In this document: positions 18,664 to 27,494 of the stretch, piece by piece | Layout: each line of letters opens with the position of its first letter | Numbering within the stretch: position 1 is the first letter of the stretch | Assembly: GCA_040389185.1 (NCBI GenBank) | Contig: JAZKAJ010000005.1 | Location: 19,887-83,886 of the forward strand | Length of the DNA: 64,000 nt | Source: Patescibacteria group bacterium | GTDB lineage: Bacteria; Patescibacteriota; Minisyncoccia; Phycocordibacterales; CAIRYW01 | Direction of reading: 5' to 3' | The notes under the pieces: generated by a model | Seen by the model: the letters and a program-made list of their open reading frames with translations, nothing else | What the model was told of the DNA's origin: nothing | The model's database searches: none | Translations under genes and position numbers: made by a program

Positions 18664-18918
18664 TTCATTCGAGTATTCTACCATATTATTAAAATATTTT
18701 TTAGCGACGTAAAACGAGCAAAGAGAAAGTGTACCCACTTCCTCTTTCGAGTCGAGGAGCTAATATGGATCCTTATCTCGATTAAAGTCAATCAGGTATG
18801 AAGGATAACTAGAGCCGATTCCGCGAGAATATCTAAAGCAAGCTCAAGATCCTCTTTTCTTTCTTTACAAATCCTATATTTTGTGACATTGTGTAATAAA
18901 CGAACGGAGGCAAGTATC

Positions 18919-19215
18919 ATGACTAAGAAAATGATAAGGGAGCTCGTTAAGTACCTTGACGGCGAAGCTAGAAAAGAGAGCAAGGAGTTTGGATATCCAC
19001 CTTCAAAAAAGGAACTGAAGCGTCTAATTCAAAATGATGCTGAACTCGCCGAAAACACTCTGGCATTGCACCTTAAAGATATTTTGACTGAAATTAATTT
19101 GATCGGCTTATTCTGGTCCTTAGATGGACACGACTATGCCAATCAAGCGAGAGTTCTGCTCAAACATCTTTGCGAGAAATGGAGGGTAACCCCTCAGCGA
19201 AGAAAAATTCGCTAA
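18919..19215 (+). CDS. Hypothetical protein (ORFan)
   Basis: ORF with probable start MTKKM, followed by a hairpin plus T run (19223-19259). Confidence 0.6.
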   Translation: MTKKMIRELVKYLDGEARKESKEFGYPPSKKELKRLIQNDAELAENTLALHLKDILTEINLIGLFWSLDGHDYANQARVLLKHLCEKWRVTPQRRKIR

Positions 19216-19340
19216 CATCAACAATGACTCCAGCACATGAAGTGTGGGGGTCATTTTTTACTCAGTACCATAATTTCTCCGAAATTTTGGTGCTGGATTC
19301 ATTGACAAAATCTGCTTAAAATTGTATAGTATAAGGAATC

Positions 19341-19601
19341 ATGAATACCGCCCTAACTACCCTGATTGCATGGCTTCCGTTCTTTTTCAAACTATGGTTT
19401 GTTTCTGGAATAATCACTTTCTTCTTGCGAATCTCACAGAGTGGCAAAAAGCGTGAAGAAATGATCGAAAGATCAAGACTTCTTCGCGAGACTGAGTGGG
19501 TCCATACTTTCGAATTTATCTTTTTTTTCTTCTATGGGTTAGCGGGTTTGATTCACACAATCAAAAACCTCTTGTCCAAGTCAGACGAAGACGGGGTTTA
19601 A
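19341..19601 (+). CDS. Small membrane protein (ORFan)
   Basis: Two hydrophobic segments; TTGACA-17nt-TATAGT upstream. Confidence 0.65.
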   Translation: MNTALTTLIAWLPFFFKLWFVSGIITFFLRISQSGKKREEMIERSRLLRETEWVHTFEFIFFFFYGLAGLIHTIKNLLSKSDEDGV

Positions 19602-19673
19602 ATTTCTAACAAAAACCAAGTTCCCAATCGCACAAGTGATGGGAACTTTTTTATTTAATAAAAAAGCTATTTG

Positions 19674-19795
19674 TAATTTTCTGCACGACCGTGTGGAAAA
19701 TTACACATACAACATTTGTCACGGCCGTGACAAATGTTGTATGTTTTTGGCATCAAATCTAAATGCGTCGCACCCTTTGGGTGCGACGCATTCTT
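19674..19795. repeat. Cluster of palindromes including a perfect 40-bp palindrome
   Basis: ACATACAACATTTGTCACGG|CCGTGACAAATGTTGTATGT at 19705-19744; a related imperfect palindrome at 19674-19703; AATGCGTCGCACCC-TTT-GGGTGCGACGCATT at 19762-19792. Confidence 0.85.
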
Positions 19796-19836
19796 TTGGA
19801 TCTCCCAACAATCTCACCAACTTTCACAATCTCCTA

Positions 19837-20925
19837 CTAAAAAAGTTTCACCACATCCGAAATAGTCACAGTGAGCATAAGGATCATGAGAAGTCCGAAA
19901 CCAACGAGATTGAGAGTATTGGCTATGACAGGTTTGATTTGTCGTCTTATGATTGCTTCTATAGCAACAAAAAGTAGTCGTCCTCCATCGAGCGCTGGAA
20001 ATGGTAAAAGATTGATCACTGCCAGATTCAAAGAAATGATCGCAATAAATGAAAAGAGTGTCGACGCGCCAAATTCTCTTGCTTGATTCAAATATCCTGC
20101 GATTCCTATTGGCCCTGAAACATCTTGGAGATTTGCATGAAGTACAAATGCGCTTCCAAAGAATTTCAAAGTTCCAACCATTGTCGCATTAAACATATGA
20201 TAAGTAGATTTTGCACCCTCAAGAAGCGCCGCAAAGAACCCGAGTTTTGTATTTTCAATATCTGCCATCTGTACTCCGATAACATAAGCTCCGTTCGGAG
20301 CTGCTTTTGCCATAACGCTTGTTGTCGCTTTCTCAGTTCCTCGGATATATGAAAGTACAACAGGTAGTCCTTTTGATTCCGTGACAACTTCTTTTATTTT
20401 TTCTGCACTGATTTTCGCATCCGTAGTTGTTGATACAGTTTTTTGTGAAGAGGTAATATCTGTAATAAGGTCTCCTGATTTTAGTCCAACCGCTTCTGCA
20501 GGAGAACCCTTGATGACATCAGTCACAAATACATAATTGCCAGATGACACATTTGAAGCCTGTGGAGCACCAATCATAAAACTTGCTGAAAGCAGTATCC
20601 AAGCAAAAAAAATATTCATGACAATTCCCGCAACTAAAATCGCAGCCTGAATATGTCGAGGTTTGTTGATAAAGCTTCTTGCTTTGTCCGGTCCATCCAT
20701 TGAGTCTTCATCAGGATTCTCTCCAAAGATCTTCACGTACCCCCCAAATGGAATGAGATTGATTGCGTATGTTGTCTCGCCATATTTTTTGGCGTAGATT
20801 CTTGGGGGAAATCCAATTGCGAATTCATCAACTCGGACTCCAGATTTCTTGGCAACCAAAAAATGCCCAAGTTCGTGGACGAAAACCAATATTGAAATAA
20901 CAAGAATGAGTGTAATGAACGACAT
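19837..20925 (-). CDS. rseP: Site-2 (M50) intramembrane metalloprotease with PDZ domain
   Basis: HELGH, GGYVKI and NLLPFPALDGG. Confidence 0.95.
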   Translation of the reverse strand: MSFITLILVISILVFVHELGHFLVAKKSGVRVDEFAIGFPPRIYAKKYGETTYAINLIPFGGYVKIFGENPDEDSMDGPDKARSFINKPRHIQAAILVAGIVMNIFFAWILLSASFMIGAPQASNVSSGNYVFVTDVIKGSPAEAVGLKSGDLITDITSSQKTVSTTTDAKISAEKIKEVVTESKGLPVVLSYIRGTEKATTSVMAKAAPNGAYVIGVQMADIENTKLGFFAALLEGAKSTYHMFNATMVGTLKFFGSAFVLHANLQDVSGPIGIAGYLNQAREFGASTLFSFIAIISLNLAVINLLPFPALDGGRLLFVAIEAIIRRQIKPVIANTLNLVGFGLLMILMLTVTISDVVKLF

Positions 20926-20928
20926 GTA

Positions 20929-21477
20929 TTAGTTCATTATTTCTTCTTCTTTTTTAACTGTGAGCATTTCGAGTTTATCTGTTCCCTCCTTGATGAGTTT
21001 GTCTACTTCTGCCTTTGCTCGCATAACTTCGTCTTCACTCATCTCACTTTCTTTTTTCTTGTTGCTTAGATCATCATTCACACTGTTTCGCTCTTGTCTT
21101 AGAGTTACTTTTGCATCTTCAAGTTTACTCTTTGCAATCTTTACGAAGTTTCCTCTTGATTCTGTTGTAAGTGGTGGGAATGATACCCGGATACCCTTGT
21201 CATCCACAGAAACAGAAAGACCAGTGTTTGAAATGAGAATTGCCTTTTCGATTCCTTTGATATTTGAAGAATCCCAAGGTAATACTCGAAGTGTTCGAGG
21301 ATCTTCGATAGAGACGTTTGCTACCTGATTGACTGGCATCTGTGATCCGTACACCTCAACAAACACACCATCAAGCATTGCCGGTGTTGCTCGTCCTGTA
21401 CGAATCTGACTAAACTCTTTTACGAGCCATTCTTCCGTGTCTTTTATTTTGTTTTTGAAATCTGAAAAGTTATACAT
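20929..21477 (-). CDS. frr: Ribosome recycling factor
   Basis: IRTGRATP, VEVYG and FPPLTTE. Confidence 0.97.
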   Translation of the reverse strand: MYNFSDFKNKIKDTEEWLVKEFSQIRTGRATPAMLDGVFVEVYGSQMPVNQVANVSIEDPRTLRVLPWDSSNIKGIEKAILISNTGLSVSVDDKGIRVSFPPLTTESRGNFVKIAKSKLEDAKVTLRQERNSVNDDLSNKKKESEMSEDEVMRAKAEVDKLIKEGTDKLEMLTVKKEEEIMN

Positions 21478-21607
21478 GGTGGAATTTGGATTATAGATTA
21501 TAGATTATAGATTTTTGAATAATTACGTATACAATTATAGCTTAAAATGAAGGTAAATACAAAAAAAATAGCGCCGTCTCGATAAATCGAGACGGCGCTG
21601 AGGAGTC

Positions 21608-22135
21608 TTAAGCAACTGCCGCCACATAAGTGTCATCAATCACATCACCTACCCAACAATGAAATTGATTCCATCCATGCCGAGTACGCTCAAGAACATG
21701 AACACGCCACTCATTATGGCCAATGCGAAATTTTGAGTCACCAAAGACCACAAAACGAACACTTGGATCATCAGGCATGAGATGAGAGTTTTCTGGCTGG
21801 TGGTAAAAAAGCATAGCCTCTTCTCCAAGATTTTTCACACCATCTTCCTGTGCAGCAGAGATTAACTGATCATAAATCCAACTGCCCACAGCTGGAACAG
21901 GTCTAGCGATTTTAAGGGGTCCATAGATCTTGGATAGCCCTACTTTAAGAAGTAAACTTTTCATCGCTTCCTTCATTTCAGTACGTCTTTTTTCATTACC
22001 AAATCTGATCACTTCTGCAGCTTGACCCATGAACTCCAAAAGTAGATTGAGTTGTTGAGGAGTTTCGAGTGGTAATTGCCCTATCATCCTAAATGCATGC
22101 TGAGCATGCTCCCATCCGAGTGTTTTCGTTGACAT
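21608..22135 (-). CDS. Hypothetical protein (ORFan)
   Basis: Probable start MSTKT; terminator hairpin at 21570-21599. Confidence 0.6.
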   Translation of the reverse strand: MSTKTLGWEHAQHAFRMIGQLPLETPQQLNLLLEFMGQAAEVIRFGNEKRRTEMKEAMKSLLLKVGLSKIYGPLKIARPVPAVGSWIYDQLISAAQEDGVKNLGEEAMLFYHQPENSHLMPDDPSVRFVVFGDSKFRIGHNEWRVHVLERTRHGWNQFHCWVGDVIDDTYVAAVA

Positions 22136-22303
22136 AGTGTTTGCTATGGTTGCGCTGACCGTAAGGGCAGCCTTGTTGTTTTGTAGACCGTAGCGACGTA
22201 GTGTCACCACAGATTTCAATCTTCAAAAAAGACTCAAATCTGCGGTGAACTTTCTCATATATTCAAGGAACGTGATTCTGAGAATTAAAACACAAATTTT
22301 AAT

Positions 22304-22346
22304 ATTTAACAAGCATCGTCGCCTTTGGCGACGATGCTTGTTAAAT
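22304..22346. terminator. Long hairpin terminator
   Basis: ATTTAACAAGCATCGTCGCC-TTT-GGCGACGATGCTTGTTAAAT. Confidence 0.75.
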
Positions 22347-22360
22347 TTGTATTTTGTTAT

Positions 22361-23023
22361 TTACAAAGCTAGGACCACACTCTCCAAAAGAATCTTTACT
22401 GATGATGATTTGTCTTCAAGATAGTCGAGCGCTTTCGCGGTAGCTTTGAGAGCAACGAGATTATTACCCTTTTCCCCTTTCTTCACCTTCTCTTCAAGAA
22501 AATAATGAATACCTAAAAGAAATTGTTTTATTGTTTGTTTGTTACCCCCATCTTTATAATCCTTAACCATCTTTTCAATCTCTTTTAGTTTCTCCCCGAC
22601 TGACATTTTCATAAAACCATCCACATTTACCACCTCCACTTCTTTTTTGTTTTTATATATTGAAAGTCTTGAGCGTAGTGTCGGCAGAAGTCCATCTGCA
22701 GTATAGGTGTTTAAAACAAATTTGAGCTGCGGACTCGGGTCTTCAAAAATTTTGAGGAATGCATTCTGCGCATCATTCGTAATCGAATCAAAACTAAAGA
22801 CGATTATTTTCTTCTCATTTTGAACTGGTGCACCAAGTGACATTTCAATAACATTTCGTGCATCCTCAATTCCAAACTTTTGATATGCAAGGAAAAATAT
22901 ATCAGGATTACCATCCACAAGAAGTCCTACATCCGTAAGACCTGATTTGATCAAGTCTAAAGAAGCTATAGGCTCCCCTTCAACAAGAATCGCATGATGA
23001 GAATTTAAAATTTTACTGAGCAT
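22361..23023 (-). CDS. holB: DNA polymerase III delta-prime-like subunit (compact)
   Basis: HAILVEG, NPD, AQNAFLKIFEDP and LLPTLRSR. Confidence 0.8.
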   Translation of the reverse strand: MLSKILNSHHAILVEGEPIASLDLIKSGLTDVGLLVDGNPDIFFLAYQKFGIEDARNVIEMSLGAPVQNEKKIIVFSFDSITNDAQNAFLKIFEDPSPQLKFVLNTYTADGLLPTLRSRLSIYKNKKEVEVVNVDGFMKMSVGEKLKEIEKMVKDYKDGGNKQTIKQFLLGIHYFLEEKVKKGEKGNNLVALKATAKALDYLEDKSSSVKILLESVVLAL

Positions 23024-23099
23024 CGATTTTAAATTTTATAAAAATGAATTCAACTGTCTGATTTTGAAATTAAAAATTACAAAATTAAAAATTTGATTT

Positions 23100-24113
23100 C
23101 TAACGCTTAGAAATCACAGTCTTCTTATAAGTCTCGAGGTGTTCGAGCGCAATTCCTGTTCCCATCGCCACACAAAAAAGTGCATTCTCTGCAAGTTTCG
23201 CCTTCACGCCCGTTCGTCTAAATACGAGTTCTGGAAGATTTCGAAGTTGGGACGACCCGCCAGTCATAGTGATTCCCTGATCGATAATATCTGATGCGAG
23301 TTCTGGTGGAGTTTCTTGGAGTACATCCTTGATCGCCTGAATCATTTCTCGAAGTTCTTTGGCTATTGCTCGCACAATTTCATTAGTCTTCACCTCAACA
23401 GATCGCGGGAGTCCTGAAAGGCAGTCTCGTCCTTTGACAGACATCACAAGCTCTTCGTCCATTGGTATCGCGGAGCCAACACCGATCTTGATATCTTCTG
23501 CAGTCTTGTCTCCAACCATAAGGTTGTAGTGTTTTTTCATGTAGTCGATGATACCAGCATCAATTCTGTTACCAGCACATTTGACCGATGTAGAAGCCAC
23601 AATTCCTCCAAGCGAGATCACTGCGACATCTGTCGTTCCTCCTCCTACATCAACAATCATGTGTCCAAGTGGTTCTTGAATAGAAATACCTGCACCGATC
23701 GCGGCCAAGATTGGCTCCTTCACCACGAATGCATTTTTGGCACCTGCTTTGACCGCAGCTTCGATTACTGCTCGTCTTTCTGTTGAAGTCACTCCAGCTG
23801 GAACCGAGATCATCACCTCAGGACGGATAAAATTCCATTTGCCCAAAGCTTTTGAAATATAGTACCGAAGCATCGCTTCAGTCACACGATAGTCAGCGAT
23901 AACCCCATCTTTCATCGGGCGATATGCGATAATATTGTCTGGAGTTTTTCCAATCATCTCTTTCGCTTCATTACCTACTGCCAAAATCTTGTTCTCTGAT
24001 TCAGAAACTGCAACAACAGAGGGTTCATTCAAAACAATTCCACGGCCAGGTACAAATACGAGCGTATTTGCTGTTCCAAGATCGATCCCTAATTTTCGAG
24101 TAAAAAATGACAT
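23100..24113 (-). CDS. mreB: Second MreB/Mbl-family actin-like protein
   Basis: LGIDLGTANT, RPMKDGVIAD and DVGGGTT. Confidence 0.95.
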   Translation of the reverse strand: MSFFTRKLGIDLGTANTLVFVPGRGIVLNEPSVVAVSESENKILAVGNEAKEMIGKTPDNIIAYRPMKDGVIADYRVTEAMLRYYISKALGKWNFIRPEVMISVPAGVTSTERRAVIEAAVKAGAKNAFVVKEPILAAIGAGISIQEPLGHMIVDVGGGTTDVAVISLGGIVASTSVKCAGNRIDAGIIDYMKKHYNLMVGDKTAEDIKIGVGSAIPMDEELVMSVKGRDCLSGLPRSVEVKTNEIVRAIAKELREMIQAIKDVLQETPPELASDIIDQGITMTGGSSQLRNLPELVFRRTGVKAKLAENALFCVAMGTGIALEHLETYKKTVISKR

Positions 24114-24159
24114 AGATAGAGTATATATTGGAAAAACAAATTATGCTATACTTTTCCAA

Positions 24160-25491
24160 ATGCAGAAAAAAGCACTAAAAACCGAAGAGTCTCCAAAAAC
24201 TCTAGACTTCACCATCGAAGGTGGACACAAACTCAAGGGTGAAATCGAGATCAAAAAGTCCAAAAATGCGAGTGTTGCTGTCCTTTGTGCTTCTCTTTTG
24301 AACGCAGGCACAACAACTCTAAAAAAAATTCCCAAAATCGAAGAGGTTTTCCGGATACTTGAAGTCTTTGAAAGTATTGGAGTAAAAACAGAATGGCAAG
24401 GTGACGATCTCGTCATAAATGTCGGCAAAATAAATCTCAAAAACATAAACAGGGATTCTGCAGAGAAAACTCGAACAGTCATTATGATGATTGGACCTCT
24501 CATTCATTTATTCAAAAAATTTGAGATCCCAAATGCTGGAGGGTGTAAACTCGGAAGTCGAATCGTCTCTCCACATTTTTATGCACTTGAGAATTTTGGT
24601 GTAACAATTAAAACAGAATCTGAAAAATACATAATCAAAAACAAAAAGCTAATCCCTAGTGAGTTCATATTATACGAAATGGGAGATACAGTGACAGAAA
24701 ATGCACTTATGGCAGCGTCAAAAATCGATGGGATTTCAAGCATAAAATTTGCATCTTCAAACTATATGGTGCAGGACCTGTGTCATTTCCTTGAGGCACT
24801 AGGTGTTCGAATAGATGGTATAGGCACATCAACACTTGTGATCCACGGAGTCAAAGAGATTAATAAAGATATCACTTTTGAAATCAGTGAAGACCCTATT
24901 GAGGCAATGTTCTTCCTCACATCAGCTATTGTTACAAAATCAACAATTACAATCAAAAAGTGTCCCATAGACTTTCTGCTTCTTGAACTTTTGAAACTCA
25001 AAAAAATGGGATTTAAATATTCTACATCAGAAATTTACAAGGGCGAGAATGGTTTTGTAAATCTTATCGATATCAAGACTTTCCCATCAACACTCACAGC
25101 CCTTCCAGAAAAAATACACTCAATTCCATATCCAGGTATCAATATGGATAACCTTCCCTTCTTTGCAGTCATTGCAACCCAAGCCAAAGGTGAGACTTTT
25201 ATTCATGACTGGGTATACGAGAATCGTGCAATCTATTACACAGAACTTCAAAAGCTTGGAGCGGACGTACTCCTTGCCGATCCACATCGTGTATACATCA
25301 AAGGCGAGACTCCACTTAAAGCCGCAGATATCGTCACTCCTCCTGCACTTCGACCGGCTGCAATCATTCTTATTGGAATGCTCGGTGCAAAAGGCACATC
25401 AATACTTCGAAATGTCTATTCAATCAGCCGAGGATATGAAGACCTTGCTGAAAGACTCAATAAACTAGGAGCGAAGATTTCAGTGAATTAA
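24160..25491 (+). CDS. murA: UDP-GlcNAc 1-carboxyvinyltransferase
   Basis: SKNA, GGCKLGSR (catalytic Cys), TENALMA and RGYEDL; start reassigned to MQKK. Confidence 0.93.
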   Translation: MQKKALKTEESPKTLDFTIEGGHKLKGEIEIKKSKNASVAVLCASLLNAGTTTLKKIPKIEEVFRILEVFESIGVKTEWQGDDLVINVGKINLKNINRDSAEKTRTVIMMIGPLIHLFKKFEIPNAGGCKLGSRIVSPHFYALENFGVTIKTESEKYIIKNKKLIPSEFILYEMGDTVTENALMAASKIDGISSIKFASSNYMVQDLCHFLEALGVRIDGIGTSTLVIHGVKEINKDITFEISEDPIEAMFFLTSAIVTKSTITIKKCPIDFLLLELLKLKKMGFKYSTSEIYKGENGFVNLIDIKTFPSTLTALPEKIHSIPYPGINMDNLPFFAVIATQAKGETFIHDWVYENRAIYYTELQKLGADVLLADPHRVYIKGETPLKAADIVTPPALRPAAIILIGMLGAKGTSILRNVYSISRGYEDLAERLNKLGAKISVN

Positions 25492-25552
25492 GCCTACTCA
25501 ATTGAATATAGGCAAGATTCGTCACAACAGGTAATCTGCTATAATTCTCAAC

Positions 25553-27448
25553 ATGAGACTCCTATCCATAGTCCCCATAGCTCGAGGCATCCGTAAGGAG
25601 ACGCTTACCTATTTTTCAACCAAAGATATCGCCGCGGGCTCTTTGGTGACCATTCCCCTTCGTAAAAAGGAGGTACCTGGGATTGTACTCGAATCACTCG
25701 ATGCAATGCAGAACAAATCCGCGATCAAGGATATGAAATTCACCATCAAAAAGATTGTTGATTTTGATAACAAGGTGTCACTCCCAGAATTTCTCATGAA
25801 TGCAGCAGAGAAGATATCCACACTCTCTGCCACAAGTATTGGAAGCACACTCGCATCCCTCGTGCCAAAGATCTGTTTTGAAAATCCAAAAATATTCTTT
25901 AAAAGAGAAGCTGACGGAGCCAAACACAGAATCGGAAGAGAGGTCTCAAGCGAAGTGCTCGCAATACAGCTTCACAACGAAGCTCGAATGGATACTTACC
26001 GAAGCCTTATCAGAGAATCATTTGCGAAGAAAAAATCAATTGCAATCATCTGTCCTACTATCGAGAGAATTAGTGAGATGAAAGAACTGCTCTCAAAAGG
26101 AATCACCGAATACACAGTCACACTTCATAATCCAAACTCAAAGAAAAATCTGGAAGAATTTTCTAAATCCATAAATACTGAAAAGCATGCGGAACTTTTT
26201 ATTGGAACCTCTTATATACTTTCGCTCCTTAATCATTCTGTAGGCACAATTATTCTTGAAGAAGAATCTTCGCTTTTTTACAAAAACAAAAAAAGACCTT
26301 TTCTTGATACAAGGACAAGCGCTAAGGAAATCTCAAAAGAACTGGGCACGCGTCTCATATTCGGCGACAAGCTCTTGAGTGTTCAAACACTTGCAGAAAT
26401 ACGAGAAGGTAGAATCGTTGAATATGCCAGAATTGAAAAGAGGACCGCTCGCAAGATCCAAACACTTCTTGTGGACACTAAACCAAAAGAAGGTGAGAAA
26501 AAGAAGTTTTCAACCTTGAGCTCTGATCTCCGCGAAATGATCGAATACGGAATAAAGAGCAACAAAAAGATTCTCATTTATGCAACACGAAGAGGAGTAG
26601 CATCTCAAACGGTTTGCAATGATTGTGGCACGAGTGTGCTTTGTAATATATGCGAAAGTCCATTTGTCCTCCATACCATACGAGATAAAAGAATATTTAT
26701 TTGTCACCATTGCGGCAAAACCAAAGATGCTGATGAGAATTGTAAGATATGCCATAGCTGGAACTTTGTCCCACTTGGTATCGGTATCGAAAAGATAGAA
26801 GAAGAAATTAAAGGAATCGAAGGCGCGAATGTTATCCGGATAGACAGCGATAATTCAAAGACAACAAAAGAAATCAAAAATAAAATGGAGACATTTTATA
26901 AAACTGGAAATGTCCTTGTGACAACAGATCTTGGAATTCGATATCTTGAGGATTATTCTGTCGATTTCTCTGCTATCACTTCGCTCGACAGTCTCTTGTC
27001 ACTTCCTGATTTTCGAACAAGCGAGCGAATAATGCACATTATTCTCGATCTCAAATCGAAAACCAAAGACATGATACTTATCCAAGCTCGAAATCTTAAA
27101 AATAAGGTCATCGAACAAGCGCTTTCGGGGGACTTGGAAGGTTTTGCAAACGAAGAGATTAAAGCCCGAGAAACATTTGGATATGCACCATTTAAGCATA
27201 TTATTAAACTTTCAATTGAAGGCAAAAAAGATCAGATCAAACTCGATGCGGAGCAAATAATCACAAAGATTAAAAAATATAATCCTGTTATTTTCCCTGC
27301 GTTCATCAAATCAAGAAACAAGAATATTATTCTAAATATTATTATGAAACTTGGAAAGGAAGAATGGCCGAACAAAGAGCTTTTGGATACCCTACTTACG
27401 TTCCCGCCAAACGTGAAGATTGATGCGAGCCCTGCGAGTCTATTGTAA
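25553..27448 (+). CDS. priA: Primosomal protein N' with degenerate helicase motifs
   Basis: LTYF..G..V..P N-terminal domain, RRG, four CxxC motifs, GIEKIEEE and PDFR. Confidence 0.85.
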   Translation: MRLLSIVPIARGIRKETLTYFSTKDIAAGSLVTIPLRKKEVPGIVLESLDAMQNKSAIKDMKFTIKKIVDFDNKVSLPEFLMNAAEKISTLSATSIGSTLASLVPKICFENPKIFFKREADGAKHRIGREVSSEVLAIQLHNEARMDTYRSLIRESFAKKKSIAIICPTIERISEMKELLSKGITEYTVTLHNPNSKKNLEEFSKSINTEKHAELFIGTSYILSLLNHSVGTIILEEESSLFYKNKKRPFLDTRTSAKEISKELGTRLIFGDKLLSVQTLAEIREGRIVEYARIEKRTARKIQTLLVDTKPKEGEKKKFSTLSSDLREMIEYGIKSNKKILIYATRRGVASQTVCNDCGTSVLCNICESPFVLHTIRDKRIFICHHCGKTKDADENCKICHSWNFVPLGIGIEKIEEEIKGIEGANVIRIDSDNSKTTKEIKNKMETFYKTGNVLVTTDLGIRYLEDYSVDFSAITSLDSLLSLPDFRTSERIMHIILDLKSKTKDMILIQARNLKNKVIEQALSGDLEGFANEEIKARETFGYAPFKHIIKLSIEGKKDQIKLDAEQIITKIKKYNPVIFPAFIKSRNKNIILNIIMKLGKEEWPNKELLDTLLTFPPNVKIDASPASLL

Positions 27449-27450
27449 TA

Positions 27451-27490
27451 AATAAAATACACAACACCCGAAGGTGTTATGTATTTTATT
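27451..27490. terminator. Bidirectional terminator between priA and fmt
   Basis: AATAAAATACACAACACC-CGAA-GGTGTTATGTATTTTATT. Confidence 0.75.
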
Positions 27491-27494
27491 TTGA

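Noticed and set aside
18595-18670. 6S RNA or T-box upstream of proS
   Set aside because: No T-box motif (TGGnACCGCG) or specifier loop is visible, and the pairing is explained by the inserted element's repeats.
19590-19612. ACGGGGTTTAAATTTCTAAC as a third copy of the start-codon element
   Set aside because: Only scrambled partial similarity, with no paired terminal repeat or internal blocks.
19636-19977. 113-aa plus-strand ORF
   Set aside because: It runs through the palindrome cluster and antisense to rseP; likely spurious.
23935-24159. 75-aa N-terminal extension of MurA in the ORF track
   Set aside because: It overlaps mreB on the opposite strand, and a -10 box sits 7 nt before ATG 24160.
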